27,146 nt of DNA from a virus (taxonomy: Duplodnaviria > Heunggongvirae > Uroviricota > Caudoviricetes): IMG/VR virus record IMGVR_UViG_3300045988_151853. One strand, 5' to 3'. Shown here in pieces: positions 1-9,088 of the stretch; the first letter of the stretch is position 1, and every line of letters starts with the position of its first letter. The notes beneath the pieces were generated by a model. The model saw only the letters and a program-made list of their open reading frames with translations, did not search any database and was not told the DNA's origin. Both the position numbers and the translations under genes were made by a program.

Positions 1-344
1 ACTCCGATCACCCTCGCAAACTTGTCACGCTAAACCCCAAACTCAAATCAACAGCTGCCGGACGTTACCAGCTTCTTTCACGCTGGTGGGATGCTTACCG
101 TAAACAGCTTGGCCTGAAAGATTTTTCTCCAGAAAGCCAGGACGCTGTAGCTCTGCAGCAGATTAAAGAGCGTGGTGCTTTACCGATGATTGACCGCGGC
201 AGTATTCGTCAGGCAATCGACCGTTGCAGCAATATCTGGGCGTCGTTACCTGGTGCAGGTTACGGTCAGTATGAACATAAAATCGGTGACCTGATTGCCC
301 GATTTAAAAAAGCTGGTGGGGTAGTAAATGAAGCTGAGATATAA
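1..344 (+). CDS. Phage endolysin (lambda R-like lysozyme), 5'-truncated by window start
   Basis: Frame 3 reads through from the window edge to TAA at 342-344; the translation (...TAAGRYQLLSRWWDAYRKQLGLKDF...IDRCSNIWASLPGAGYGQYEHK...) matches the C-terminal half of lambda R / RrrD-type lysozymes as I recall them. The stop overlaps the start of the Rz-like gene. Confidence 0.85.
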   Translation, partial: SDHPRKLVTLNPKLKSTAAGRYQLLSRWWDAYRKQLGLKDFSPESQDAVALQQIKERGALPMIDRGSIRQAIDRCSNIWASLPGAGYGQYEHKIGDLIARFKKAGGVVNEAEI

Positions 345-720
345 GCTGGTTATTGTTGCCTTCGTTGTTAGCGTCATTGGTTCCTTCATCTGGTCTGCTG
401 GACATTACTACAGCAAATATCAGCACGAAAAGGAGCGTGCTGATGAGGCTGTACGAAATGCTGAATCAGCAACTGCCATTACCCGTAACGTTCTGCAATC
501 ACTGCAAATCATCAATACAGTTATAGAGGCTAACCAGCATGCAAAACAGCAGATCGCACTGGAGTCACAGAGAACCCAGGAAGATATCAAAGTGGCTGTT
601 GCGGATGATGATTGTGCTTCACGTCATGTGCCTGCTGCCGCTGCTGACCGGTTGCGGAAGTACGCGAACAGTTTACGTACCGATTCCGGCGGTACCGTTG
701 CCAGCAAGCCTGACTACTGA
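328..720 (+). CDS. Rz: Rz-like i-spanin (inner-membrane spanin)
   Basis: 130-aa ORF immediately after the endolysin, with an N-terminal TM helix (LVIVAFVVSVIGSFIW) and a charged coiled-coil-like periplasmic region; a lipoprotein ORF overlaps it in the +1 frame. Confidence 0.8.
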   Translation: MKLRYKLVIVAFVVSVIGSFIWSAGHYYSKYQHEKERADEAVRNAESATAITRNVLQSLQIINTVIEANQHAKQQIALESQRTQEDIKVAVADDDCASRHVPAAAADRLRKYANSLRTDSGGTVASKPDY

Positions 721-877
721 AACTCCCCAGCCAGTCATTCCCGAGCCGCTGACCTATGGGGCCAGTCTGGATCTGAATGTGAGCCTGCTTTCGGCGTTGG
801 GACAATGCAATATTGACAAAGCGGGGATTCGAAGTATCGAGATGCGCCGTAACGCTTTGCTGGCAGCAGGCAAATAG
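605..877 (+). CDS. Rz1: Rz1-like o-spanin (outer-membrane lipoprotein), overlapping Rz
   Basis: Internal ATG at 605 within ORF 539-877 gives MMIVLHVMCLLPLLTGCGS..., a lipoprotein signal with lipobox LTGC followed by a Pro-rich mature region. Start codon choice (605 vs 626) is uncertain. Confidence 0.6.
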   Translation: MMIVLHVMCLLPLLTGCGSTRTVYVPIPAVPLPASLTTETPQPVIPEPLTYGASLDLNVSLLSALGQCNIDKAGIRSIEMRRNALLAAGK

Positions 878-903
878 TCCGGACAAAGAACAGGAATATA
901 TTT

Positions 904-1254
904 ATGCCCCCTCGAACTCCAAAAGCCTGCCGCGTTCGCGGCTGCCGTAATACCACGACAGACCCGTCAGGCTACTGCGAAAGCCACAAAAGCGAAGGCT
1001 GGAAGCAATACAAGTCAGGACAATCCCGTCATCAGCGCGGTTATGGTTCTAAGTGGGATGTTATCCGTGTGCGTGTGCTGCAACGTGACAAAGGCCTGTG
1101 TCAGTTATGTCTGCGTGCTGGTGTGGCGCGTGAAGCGAAAACCGTTGACCACATCATCCCTAAAGCGCATGGCGGCACCGATGCAGACAGTAATCTGCAG
1201 AGCCTGTGCTGGCCGTGCCATAAGACGAAGACGGCCCGTGAACGGCTAAAGTGA
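904..1254 (+). CDS. HNH endonuclease (packaging-associated)
   Basis: 116-aa protein with CxxC...H...CxxCH HNH-type motifs (CRVRGC, DHIIPKAHGG, CWPCH) directly upstream of terminase small subunit, the typical HNH-TerS-TerL arrangement of HK97-like phages. Confidence 0.85.
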   Translation: MPPRTPKACRVRGCRNTTTDPSGYCESHKSEGWKQYKSGQSRHQRGYGSKWDVIRVRVLQRDKGLCQLCLRAGVAREAKTVDHIIPKAHGGTDADSNLQSLCWPCHKTKTARERLK

Positions 1255-1280
1255 TAATAATTCTCAACTGCCTGAGGGGA

Positions 1281-1340
1281 GGGGCGGGTCAAATCCCTGT
1301 GGCCTGACGTCTTCCGGACTGCCCGCCCCATCGTTTTTTT
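1281..1340 (+). terminator. GC-rich dyad (GGGGCGGG ... CCCGCCCC) followed by a T7 run; terminator-like or packaging (cos) region
   Basis: GGGGCGGG at 1281-1288 pairs with CCCGCCCC at 1322-1329, followed by TTTTTTT at 1334-1340. The loop is long (about 33 nt), so this is not a canonical terminator. Confidence 0.3.
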
Positions 1341-1379
1341 ATACCCGCGAAAAATGAAATTTAACCAGGAGTGCCGCAT

Positions 1380-1874
1380 ATGGCTGGAACGGCGGGGCGT
1401 TCCGGGCGTCGCCCCAAGCCAACGGCGCGCAAGGCGCTGGCCGGAAACCCCGGCAAGCGAGCCCTGAACAAAGATGAACCTGTTTTTACGCCCATCAAAG
1501 GTGTTGAGCCACCAGAGTGGTTCGCTGAAGAAGATCTCCCTCTCGCCACGATCATGTGGCAACTGACAACCAAAGAACTCTGCGGTCAGGGCCTGTTGTG
1601 CGTGACTGACCTCGCGGTGCTTGAGCGGTGGTGCGTGGCCTATGAGTTCTGGCGACGTGCCGTGAAAAATATTGCCATACAGGGCAACACCATCACCGGT
1701 GCAATGGGCGGCAGGGTCAAAAATCCGGAGCTGACCGCCAAAAAAGAACAGGAGTCCGAGATGAGCAGCACGGGGGCAATGCTCGGACTCGACCCCAGCA
1801 GCCGCCAGCGTCTGATTGGCCTGGCGGGGCAGAAGAAAGCCACTAACCCGTTTCTGAAAATCATCGAGTCATGA
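1380..1874 (+). CDS. Terminase small subunit (P27-family-like)
   Basis: Translation [27 protein letters not shown]... is typical of the P27/HK97-type TerS N-terminus. ATG at 1380 is preceded by AGGAG at 1367-1371; the listed ORF begins at GTG 1371. Stop overlaps the TerL start. Confidence 0.8.
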   Translation: MAGTAGRSGRRPKPTARKALAGNPGKRALNKDEPVFTPIKGVEPPEWFAEEDLPLATIMWQLTTKELCGQGLLCVTDLAVLERWCVAYEFWRRAVKNIAIQGNTITGAMGGRVKNPELTAKKEQESEMSSTGAMLGLDPSSRQRLIGLAGQKKATNPFLKIIES

Positions 1875-3604
1875 GCCGGAAATCTTACCCCAACGTAAAT
1901 GCTGCCAATCAGTATGCCCGTGATGTTGTGCGCGGAAAGATTGTGGCCTGCCAGTTTGTGATTCAGGCCTGCCAGCGCCATCTTGATGACCTGATGGCGG
2001 AAAAAAGTAAGTCGTTTCGTTACCGCTTCGACAAGGACCTGGCTGAACGGGCCGCCAAATTTATTCAGCTGTTGCCGCACACCAAGGGTGAGTGGGCATT
2101 CAAGAGGATGCCCATCACGCTGGAGCCGTGGCAGCTATTTGTGGTCTGCTGTGCGTTTGGCTGGGTCAATAAAGGGTCCCGGCTGCGCCGCTTCCGGGAG
2201 GTGTATACCGAAATCCCCCGTAAGAACGGCAAATCGGCAATCTCTGCCGGTGTTGCCCTGTATTGTTTTGCCTGTGATAACGAGTTTGGCGCGGAAGTGT
2301 ATTCCGGTGCCACGACAGAGAAACAGGCGTGGGAAGTCTTTCGCCCGGCGCGACTGATGTGTAAACGCACACCCATGCTGACGGAAGCGTTCGGGATTGA
2401 GGTTAACGCCTCAAACATGAATCGTCCGGAGGATGGCGCGCGGTTTGAACCGCTGATCGGTAACCCCGGTGATGGTTCATCACCCCACTGTGCGGTGGTG
2501 GATGAATATCACGAGCACGCCACCGATGCGCTTTACACCACGATGCTTACCGGGATGGGGGCGCGACGTCAGCCACTGATGTGGGCCATTACTACTGCCG
2601 GGTACAACATTGAGGGGCCGTGCTACGACAAGCGAAGGGAAGTTATCGAGATGCTCAACGGGTCGGTACCCAACGATGAACTGTTCGGGATCATCTATAC
2701 CGTTGACGAAGGCGATGACTGGACCGACCCGCAGGTGCTGGAAAAAGCTAACCCGAATATTGGCGTGTCGGTTTATCGCGAATTTTTGTTAAGTCAGCAG
2801 CAGCGTGCGAAAAATAACGCCCGTCTGGCAAACGTCTTTAAAACAAAACACCTCAATATCTGGGTGTCGGCGCGTTCGGCGTATTTCAACCTGGTGAGCT
2901 GGCAGAGCTGCGAGGATAAATCACTGACCCTTGAGCAGTTCGAGGGGCAGCCGTGCATTCTGGCCTTTGACCTGGCGCGTAAGCTGGATATGAACAGCAT
3001 GGCGCGACTTTATACCCGCGAGGTTGACGGTAAAACGCATTACTACAGTGTGGCCCCGCGTTTCTGGGTACCGTATGACACGGTGTACAGCGTCGAGAAA
3101 AATGAAGATCGCCGGACAGCCGAACGCTTTCAGAAATGGGTGGAAATGGGCGTCCTGACCGTTACCGATGGTGCAGAGGTGGATTATCGCTACATCCTCG
3201 AAGAGGCCAAAGCGGCGAACAAAATCAGCCCGGTCAGCGAGTCACCCATCGACCCCTTCGGGGCGACCGGGCTGTCACATGACCTTGCTGATGAAGACCT
3301 GAATCCCATCACCATCATTCAGAACTACACCAACATGTCCGACCCGATGAAAGAGCTGGAAGCGGCAATTGAATCGGGGCGCTTTCATCATGATGGCAAT
3401 CCCATCATGACCTGGTGTATCGGCAACGTGATCGGCAAAACCATTCCGGGTAACGATGATGTGGTGAAGCCCGTCAAAGAGCAGGCGGAAAACAAAATCG
3501 ATGGTGCAGTTGCGCTGATTATGGCGGTTGGCAGAGCCATGCTGTATGAGAAAGAAGACACGCTGTCCGACCACATTGAGTCCTACGGGATCCGCTCGCT
3601 TTAA
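1871..3604 (+). CDS. Terminase large subunit
   Basis: 577-aa ORF in the TerL position; size, position and ATPase/nuclease-type sequence are consistent with HK97-family large terminases. Confidence 0.9.
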
Positions 3605-3615
3605 CTGAGGTAATT

Positions 3616-3798
3616 ATGATCATGCTGATTCTCGCGCCTCTGGTGGGCGTGCTGGGTGCGCTTTTGCTGGCGTATGGTGCCTGGCTGATTTATCCCCCGG
3701 CGGGGTTTGTTGTTGCCGGGGCGTTGTGCCTGTTCTGGTCGTGGCTGGTGGCGCGATATCTCGACCGTACACAGTCGTCTGTCGGCGGAGGTAAATAG
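3616..3798 (+). CDS. Small membrane protein (hypothetical)
   Basis: 60-aa ORF with GAGG upstream and two predicted TM helices, between TerL and portal. Confidence 0.4.
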
Positions 3799-5039
3799 TG
3801 TTCTTTTCGGGATTATTTCAACGAAAAAGTGACGCACCGGTGACCACGCCAGCAGAGCTGGCGGATGCTATCGGTTTGTCCTACGACACCTATACCGGAA
3901 AGCAGATCAGCAGCCAGCGGGCCATGCGACTGACGGCGGTTTTTTCCTGTGTCAGGGTGCTGGCGGAGTCGGTCGGGATGTTGCCCTGCAACCTGTATCA
4001 CCTGAACGGCAGCCTGAAGCAGAGAGCCACTGGCGAACGTCTGCATAAGCTGATCTCCACGCATCCCAATGGCTATATGACGCCGCAGGAGTTCTGGGAG
4101 CTGGTGGTCACCTGTCTGTGCCTGCGGGGAAACTTTTACGCCTACAAAGTGAAAGCATTTGGCGAAGTGGCTGAACTGCTGCCCGTCGATCCCGGCTGTG
4201 TGGTACCGAAGCTTAACAGTAGCTGGGAGCCGGTCTATCAGGTCACATTCCCGGATGGCTCCACGGATGTACTGAGCCAGGAGGATATCTGGCATGTGCG
4301 CACGCTGACGCTGGACGGACTGGTGGGGCTGAATCCCATCGCCTATGCCCGCGAGGCAATATCGCTGGCGGCAGCGACCGAAGAGCACGGGGCCAGACTG
4401 TTCAGCAATGGCGCGGTGACGTCGGGTGTGTTGCGTACAGAGCAGACGCTGTCAGATCAGGCTTATGAGCGCCTGAAGAAAGATTTTGAGGAGCGTCACA
4501 CCGGGCTTGGCAATGCTCACCGCCCGATGATCCTTGAGATGGGGCTGGACTGGAAGTCGATGGCGCTGAACGCCGAGGACAGCCAGTTCCTGGAAACCCG
4601 CAAGTTTCAGCTTGAAGAAATCTGTCGTCTGTTCCGGGTGCCGTTGCACATGGTGCAGAACACCGATCGCGCCACCTTCAACAATATCGAAGAGCTGGGG
4701 CTGGGATTTATCAACTATTCACTGGTGCCGTATCTGACCCGCATCGAACAGCGGATCAACACCGGACTGGTACGAAAAAGTAAGCAGGGCGTTTATTACG
4801 CCAAATTTAACGCCGGGGCGTTACTGCGCGGGGATATGAAGTCCCGTTTTGAAGCCTACGCCACCGGGATCAACTGGGGAATTTACTCTCCCAATGACTG
4901 CCGCGACCTGGAAGATATGAATCCGCGTCCCGGTGGTGATGTCTATCTCACACCGATGAACATGACCACGAAACCCTCCGATGGCAGTAAAGCCGGTAAG
5001 CAGAAGGATAACGCCAATGCAGACGAAACAACGTCTTGA
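3798..5039 (+). CDS. Portal protein (HK97 family)
   Basis: 413-aa ORF with GTG start at 3798 preceded by GGAGG; position after terminase and sequence consistent with HK97-type portal. Confidence 0.9.
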   Translation: MFFSGLFQRKSDAPVTTPAELADAIGLSYDTYTGKQISSQRAMRLTAVFSCVRVLAESVGMLPCNLYHLNGSLKQRATGERLHKLISTHPNGYMTPQEFWELVVTCLCLRGNFYAYKVKAFGEVAELLPVDPGCVVPKLNSSWEPVYQVTFPDGSTDVLSQEDIWHVRTLTLDGLVGLNPIAYAREAISLAAATEEHGARLFSNGAVTSGVLRTEQTLSDQAYERLKKDFEERHTGLGNAHRPMILEMGLDWKSMALNAEDSQFLETRKFQLEEICRLFRVPLHMVQNTDRATFNNIEELGLGFINYSLVPYLTRIEQRINTGLVRKSKQGVYYAKFNAGALLRGDMKSRFEAYATGINWGIYSPNDCRDLEDMNPRPGGDVYLTPMNMTTKPSDGSKAGKQKDNANADETTS

Positions 5040-5667
5040 TGTACCGCTGAGTCTGAAATCTGTCAGTGACTCCGGTGAGTTTGAAGGGTATGGCTCCGTC
5101 TTTGGTGTAAAGGACAGCCACGATGATGTGGTGATGTCCGGGGCATTTGCTGCTTCCCTGCGGACGTGGAGTGACAGAAAAGCGTTACCTGCGCTGCTCT
5201 GGCAGCACCGCATGGATGAGCCCATCGGAGTTTACACCGAAATGAAGGAAGACGATGTCGGGCTTTACGTCAGGGGGCGGTTGCTCATTGATGATGATCC
5301 CCTGGCAAAACGCGCACATGCACACATGAAGGCCGGTTCGTTAACCGGCCTTTCTATTGGGTACGTCCTGAAAGACTGGGAATACGACCGGACGAAAGAA
5401 GCCTTTTTGCTGAAAGAAATCGACCTCTGGGAAGTCAGTCTGGTGACGTTTCCGTCTAACGACGAGGCGCGGATCAGCGACGTCAAGAACGCGCTGGCCC
5501 GCGGGGAAATCCCTGAACAGAAAAAAATCGAAAGAGTCCTGCGTGATGTCGGACTCTCCCGTACCCAGGCCAAAGCATTCATGGCCGGGGGCTATGGCGC
5601 ACTGTCCCTGCGCGACGCTGAGGATGTGGGCTCTGCACTGAATGCACTGAAAAATCTGAACTTCTAA
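5017..5667 (+). CDS. Prohead protease (HK97 family)
   Basis: Translation ...GYGSVFGVKDSHDDVVMSGAF... is typical of HK97-type prohead proteases. ATG at 5017 with AAGGA 8 nt upstream is preferred over the upstream in-frame ATG at 4981. Confidence 0.8.
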   Translation: MQTKQRLDVPLSLKSVSDSGEFEGYGSVFGVKDSHDDVVMSGAFAASLRTWSDRKALPALLWQHRMDEPIGVYTEMKEDDVGLYVRGRLLIDDDPLAKRAHAHMKAGSLTGLSIGYVLKDWEYDRTKEAFLLKEIDLWEVSLVTFPSNDEARISDVKNALARGEIPEQKKIERVLRDVGLSRTQAKAFMAGGYGALSLRDAEDVGSALNALKNLNF

Positions 5668-5681
5668 TCAGGAGAAATACG

Positions 5682-6887
5682 ATGGCGGTTGATATTAAAG
5701 ATGTGGAACAGGTCGCGCAGGAGCTGCAGCAGAAGTTTGACGACTTCAAGGCAAAGAACGACAAGCGCGTGGATGCGATTGAGCAGGAAAAAGGCAAACT
5801 TGCCGGGCAGGTGGAAACCCTGAACGGGAAACTCAGCGAGCTGGAAAATCTCAAAAGCGATCTTGAAAAAGAGCTGCTTGAGCTGAAACGTCCGGCAGGT
5901 GGTGTGCAAAATAAACTGGCCACTGAGCATAAAGAAGCGTTTGTGGGCTTTCTGCGTAAAGGCCGTGAAGACGGTCTGCGCGATCTGGAGCGCAAGGCAT
6001 TACAGGTGGGCACCGATGAAGACGGTGGCTATGCCGTGCCGGAAGCACTGGATCGCAACATTCTCACCCTGCTGAAAGATGAAGTGGTGATGCGCCAGGA
6101 AGCTACGGTGATCACTGTTGGCGGTTCCGACTACAAAAAACTGGTGAATCTGGGCGGTACGGCTTCCGGATGGGTGGGGGAAACGGATACGCGATCCCAG
6201 ACTGCCACCTCCAGACTGGAGCTGATTGAACCTCTCATGGGGGAAATTTACGGCAACCCGCAGGCTACCCAGAAAATGCTGGACGATGCCTTCTTCAACG
6301 TGGAGGCCTGGATCAACAGCGAGCTGGCAACCGAATTTGCCGAACAGGAAGAAATTGCCTTTACCTCAGGCGATGGCACCAAGAAGCCGAAAGGGTTCCT
6401 GGCGTATGAATCCACTGATGAAAACGACAAGGTCCGGGCGTTCGGCAAACTTCAGCATATTGTATCCGGCGAAGCGACCGCGGTGACCGCAGACGCCATT
6501 ATCAAACTGATTTACACGCTGCGTAAGGCACACCGCACTGGCGCGAAGTTCATGATGAACAACAACAGCCTGTTTGCCATCCGTCTGCTGAAAGACACCG
6601 AGGGTAACTATCTGTGGCGTCCGGGGCTGGAACTGGGGCAGCCGTCCTCTCTGGCGGGTTACGGTATCGCTGAAAACGAACAGATGCCGGATATCGCCGC
6701 TGATGCGAAAGCCATTGCATTTGGTAACTTCAAACGGGGTTACACCATCGTTGACCGTATCGGCACCCGCATTCTGCGTGACCCGTACACCAATAAACCG
6801 TTTGTCGGTTTTTATACCACCAAGCGCACCGGCGGGATGCTGGTCGATTCGCAGGCCATCAAACTGCTGAAGATTGCAGCGGCGTAA
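5682..6887 (+). CDS. Major capsid protein (HK97 fold)
   Basis: 401-aa ORF after the protease with a strong RBS (CAGGAGAAATACG-ATG); coiled N-terminal delta-like region followed by a capsid domain. Confidence 0.9.
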   Translation: MAVDIKDVEQVAQELQQKFDDFKAKNDKRVDAIEQEKGKLAGQVETLNGKLSELENLKSDLEKELLELKRPAGGVQNKLATEHKEAFVGFLRKGREDGLRDLERKALQVGTDEDGGYAVPEALDRNILTLLKDEVVMRQEATVITVGGSDYKKLVNLGGTASGWVGETDTRSQTATSRLELIEPLMGEIYGNPQATQKMLDDAFFNVEAWINSELATEFAEQEEIAFTSGDGTKKPKGFLAYESTDENDKVRAFGKLQHIVSGEATAVTADAIIKLIYTLRKAHRTGAKFMMNNNSLFAIRLLKDTEGNYLWRPGLELGQPSSLAGYGIAENEQMPDIAADAKAIAFGNFKRGYTIVDRIGTRILRDPYTNKPFVGFYTTKRTGGMLVDSQAIKLLKIAAA

Positions 6888-6894
6888 TCACTCA

Positions 6895-6914
6895 GGGGCG
6901 TGGAACCGCGCCCC
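6895..6914 (+). terminator. Putative stem-loop terminator after major capsid gene
   Basis: GGGGCG (6895-6900), loop, CGCCCC (6909-6914), followed by CTGTTCTG, which is a weak U-tract. Confidence 0.35.
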
Positions 6915-6936
6915 CTGTTCTGACGGGTGAAGAATC

Positions 6937-7128
6937 ATGATCCTGAAACAAGATCTGAAATGGTCACCGGACGGTATGCGTGTTGAGGTCATTCGGGCCG
7001 GTGAGTATGACGACGGGGCGCTTCCTGCCCGGGTGCAGGAGATTGCACTTCAGGCCGGGTTAGCAGAGCGCGGAACCAGTGCAAAAAGCAGTAAAGCGAC
7101 AAAAGAGAAAAAAAGCCACGACCAGTAA
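6937..7128 (+). CDS. Hypothetical small protein
   Basis: 63-aa ORF in the head-module gap; no recognisable family. Confidence 0.3.
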   Translation: MILKQDLKWSPDGMRVEVIRAGEYDDGALPARVQEIALQAGLAERGTSAKSSKATKEKKSHDQ

Positions 7129-7140
7129 AGAGGGCTGAGT

Positions 7141-7464
7141 ATGCTTCTGACAATGGAAGAGATTAAAGCCCAACTCCGGCTGGATGAGGATTTCGATGCT
7201 GATGACCGCCATCTGCAACTGCTGGCCTGTGCGGCGCAAAAGCGGACGGAAACGTATCTGAACCGGAAGCTCTATGCTCCGGATGAAACCATTCCGGACA
7301 GCGATCCGGACGGGCTGCACCTGCCGGATGATATTCGTCTGGGGATGCTGATGCTTATCAGCCATTTTTACGAAAACCGCTCGTCGGTTACGGAAGTGGA
7401 GAAACTCGACATGCCGCAGAGTTTTGGCTGGCTTGTCGGCCCGTACAGGTACTTTCCGCAATGA
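7141..7464 (+). CDS. Head-tail connector protein (gp6-like)
   Basis: 107-aa ORF in the canonical position; sequence resembles phage gp6-like head-tail connector / DNA packaging proteins. Confidence 0.7.
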   Translation: MLLTMEEIKAQLRLDEDFDADDRHLQLLACAAQKRTETYLNRKLYAPDETIPDSDPDGLHLPDDIRLGMLMLISHFYENRSSVTEVEKLDMPQSFGWLVGPYRYFPQ

Positions 7465-7871
7465 AAATTCGTCAGGCGCAGACCAGCGCAACCTACATTC
7501 TGCCGGACCCCGGTGAACTGAATAAACGCGTCCTGATCCGCCAGCGGGTGGATATGCCCGCGGATAACTTTGGCGTGGATCCTCAATACCCGGTTGCGTT
7601 CCGGACATGGGCGAAGGTTGTCCAGACCAGTGCCACCACCTGGCAGGAAACCGCGCAGACCGGGGACGCCATCACCCATTACATCACCATTCGTTACCGC
7701 CGGGGGATCACCGCTGATTATGAGGTGGTCTGCGGTGACAGTGTGTACCGGGTGAAACGTCAGCGCGATCTGAACGGGGCGCGGCGCTTTCTGCTGCTGG
7801 AGTGTACGGAACTGGGCGAATTTACGCAGAGTCACGGAGGCAGCAATGGCGACTCCCTTTTTTCACGTTGA
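7461..7871 (+). CDS. Head closure / head-tail adaptor protein
   Basis: 136-aa ORF translationally coupled to the previous gene (ATGA overlap); typical size and position. Confidence 0.65.
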   Translation: MKIRQAQTSATYILPDPGELNKRVLIRQRVDMPADNFGVDPQYPVAFRTWAKVVQTSATTWQETAQTGDAITHYITIRYRRGITADYEVVCGDSVYRVKRQRDLNGARRFLLLECTELGEFTQSHGGSNGDSLFSR

Positions 7872-8352
7872 TGTTCAGCAGCCCGCGGAGATGCGCTTTA
7901 ACCGTGCCCGTGTCCGGCGGGCGTTTGTCACGATTGGGCAGCGTCATATGCGTGATGCCCGTCGGCTGGTGATGCGCCGTGCGCGGTCGGCACCGGGTGA
8001 AAACCCCGGTTATCAGACCGGACGCCTGGCTCGTTCGATTGGTTACATGGTGCCGAGAGCCAGTAAAAAGCGAGCCGGTTTTATGACACGCATTGCCCCT
8101 AACCAGCGCAACGGGAAGGGGAACCGGATGATCTCTGGTGACTTCTATCCGGCGTTTCTGTTTTTTGGTGTCCGGGGAGGAGCAAAGCGTCGTCGCAGCC
8201 ATCATCGTGGTGCATCCGGTGGCAGCGGCTGGCGACTGGCTCCACGTAATAACTTTATGGTGGAAACGCTTGAAAAGAACCGCAGCTGGACACGCTATTT
8301 TCTGGCGCGGGAATTACGTAAATCACTGAAGCCGGAGCGACGACACAGATGA
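7846..8352 (+). CDS. HK97 gp10-like tail component protein
   Basis: 168-aa ORF with GGAGG RBS; Arg-rich N-terminus as in gp10-family proteins. Confidence 0.6.
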   Translation: MATPFFHVDVQQPAEMRFNRARVRRAFVTIGQRHMRDARRLVMRRARSAPGENPGYQTGRLARSIGYMVPRASKKRAGFMTRIAPNQRNGKGNRMISGDFYPAFLFFGVRGGAKRRRSHHRGASGGSGWRLAPRNNFMVETLEKNRSWTRYFLARELRKSLKPERRHR

Positions 8353-8909
8353 AACTGACGCCTGTTATTGCTGCGCTGCGTGCCCGCTGCCCGTATTTTG
8401 AAAACCGGGTGGCAGGCGCGGCACAGTTCAAAAATCTGCCGGAGGTCGGAAAGCTGAGACTCCCGGCGGCGTATGTGGTACCGGGTGATGACTCTCCGGG
8501 AGAAAACAAAAGCCAGACCGACTACTGGCAGGAGCTGAAAGAGGGCTTCTCCGTGGTTGTCATACTGAGTAACGGGCGTGATGAGCGCGGTCAGTTTGCT
8601 TCGTATGATGTGGTGGACGATGTCCGGCAGATGCTCTTTAAGGCCCTGCTGGGCTGGAACCCGGAAGCGTGCGGTAACCCGATTACCTATGACGGTGGCA
8701 CGCTGCTGGATCTGAATCGTCATGAGCTGATTTATCAGTTCGATTTTTCGGTCATCAGCGAGCTGACCGAAGACGATACCCGCCAGCAGGATGACCTGAA
8801 CAGTCTGGATGAACTGCGAACGCTGGCGATTGATGTTGATTATCTCGATCCCGGTAACGGGCCTGACGGCGATATCGAACATCACACCGAAATAACCCTT
8901 CCTTCCTGA
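8349..8909 (+). CDS. Hypothetical tail protein (position of Mu gpK-like tail terminator/completion)
   Basis: 186-aa ORF directly upstream of the sheath gene cluster; function inferred from position only. Confidence 0.5.
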   Translation: MKLTPVIAALRARCPYFENRVAGAAQFKNLPEVGKLRLPAAYVVPGDDSPGENKSQTDYWQELKEGFSVVVILSNGRDERGQFASYDVVDDVRQMLFKALLGWNPEACGNPITYDGGTLLDLNRHELIYQFDFSVISELTEDDTRQQDDLNSLDELRTLAIDVDYLDPGNGPDGDIEHHTEITLPS

Positions 8910-8917
8910 GAATCTTC

Positions 8918-9088
8918 ATGTTTGTGAAACCTGTTAAAGGGCGGTCAGTGCCTGACCCTGCCCGCGGTGACCTTTTGCCCACCGAAGGGCGAAATGTTGA
9001 TGAGAACAACTACTGGCTGCGCCGTGAAGCAGCGGGTGATATCCGGCGCGTGAATAAAAAGGTGAACACCGATGACGATAAGCTTTAA
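8918..9088 (+). CDS. Small conserved protein upstream of tail sheath (DUF2635-like)
   Basis: 56-codon ORF not in the supplied track (below the size cut-off): MFVKPVKGRSVPDPARGDLLPTEGRNVDENNYWLRREAAGDIRRVNKKVNTDDDKL. It resembles the small protein found before the sheath gene in Mu-like tail clusters. Confidence 0.5.
   Translation: MFVKPVKGRSVPDPARGDLLPTEGRNVDENNYWLRREAAGDIRRVNKKVNTDDDKL

Noticed and set aside
4981-5016. Upstream start (4981) for the prohead protease
   Set aside because: ATG 5017 has a properly spaced AAGGA RBS; the longer form would overlap the portal gene by 59 nt. Not excluded, but less likely.
7060-7835. Minus-strand ORFs 7060-7608 and 7368-7835
   Set aside because: Antisense to the head-tail connector genes; composition typical of spurious frames.
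8295-8885. 196-aa minus-strand ORF
   Set aside because: Lies entirely antisense to the tail gene 8349-8909 within a co-directional, translationally coupled operon; Arg-rich, low-complexity translation typical of an out-of-frame read of GC-rich DNA.
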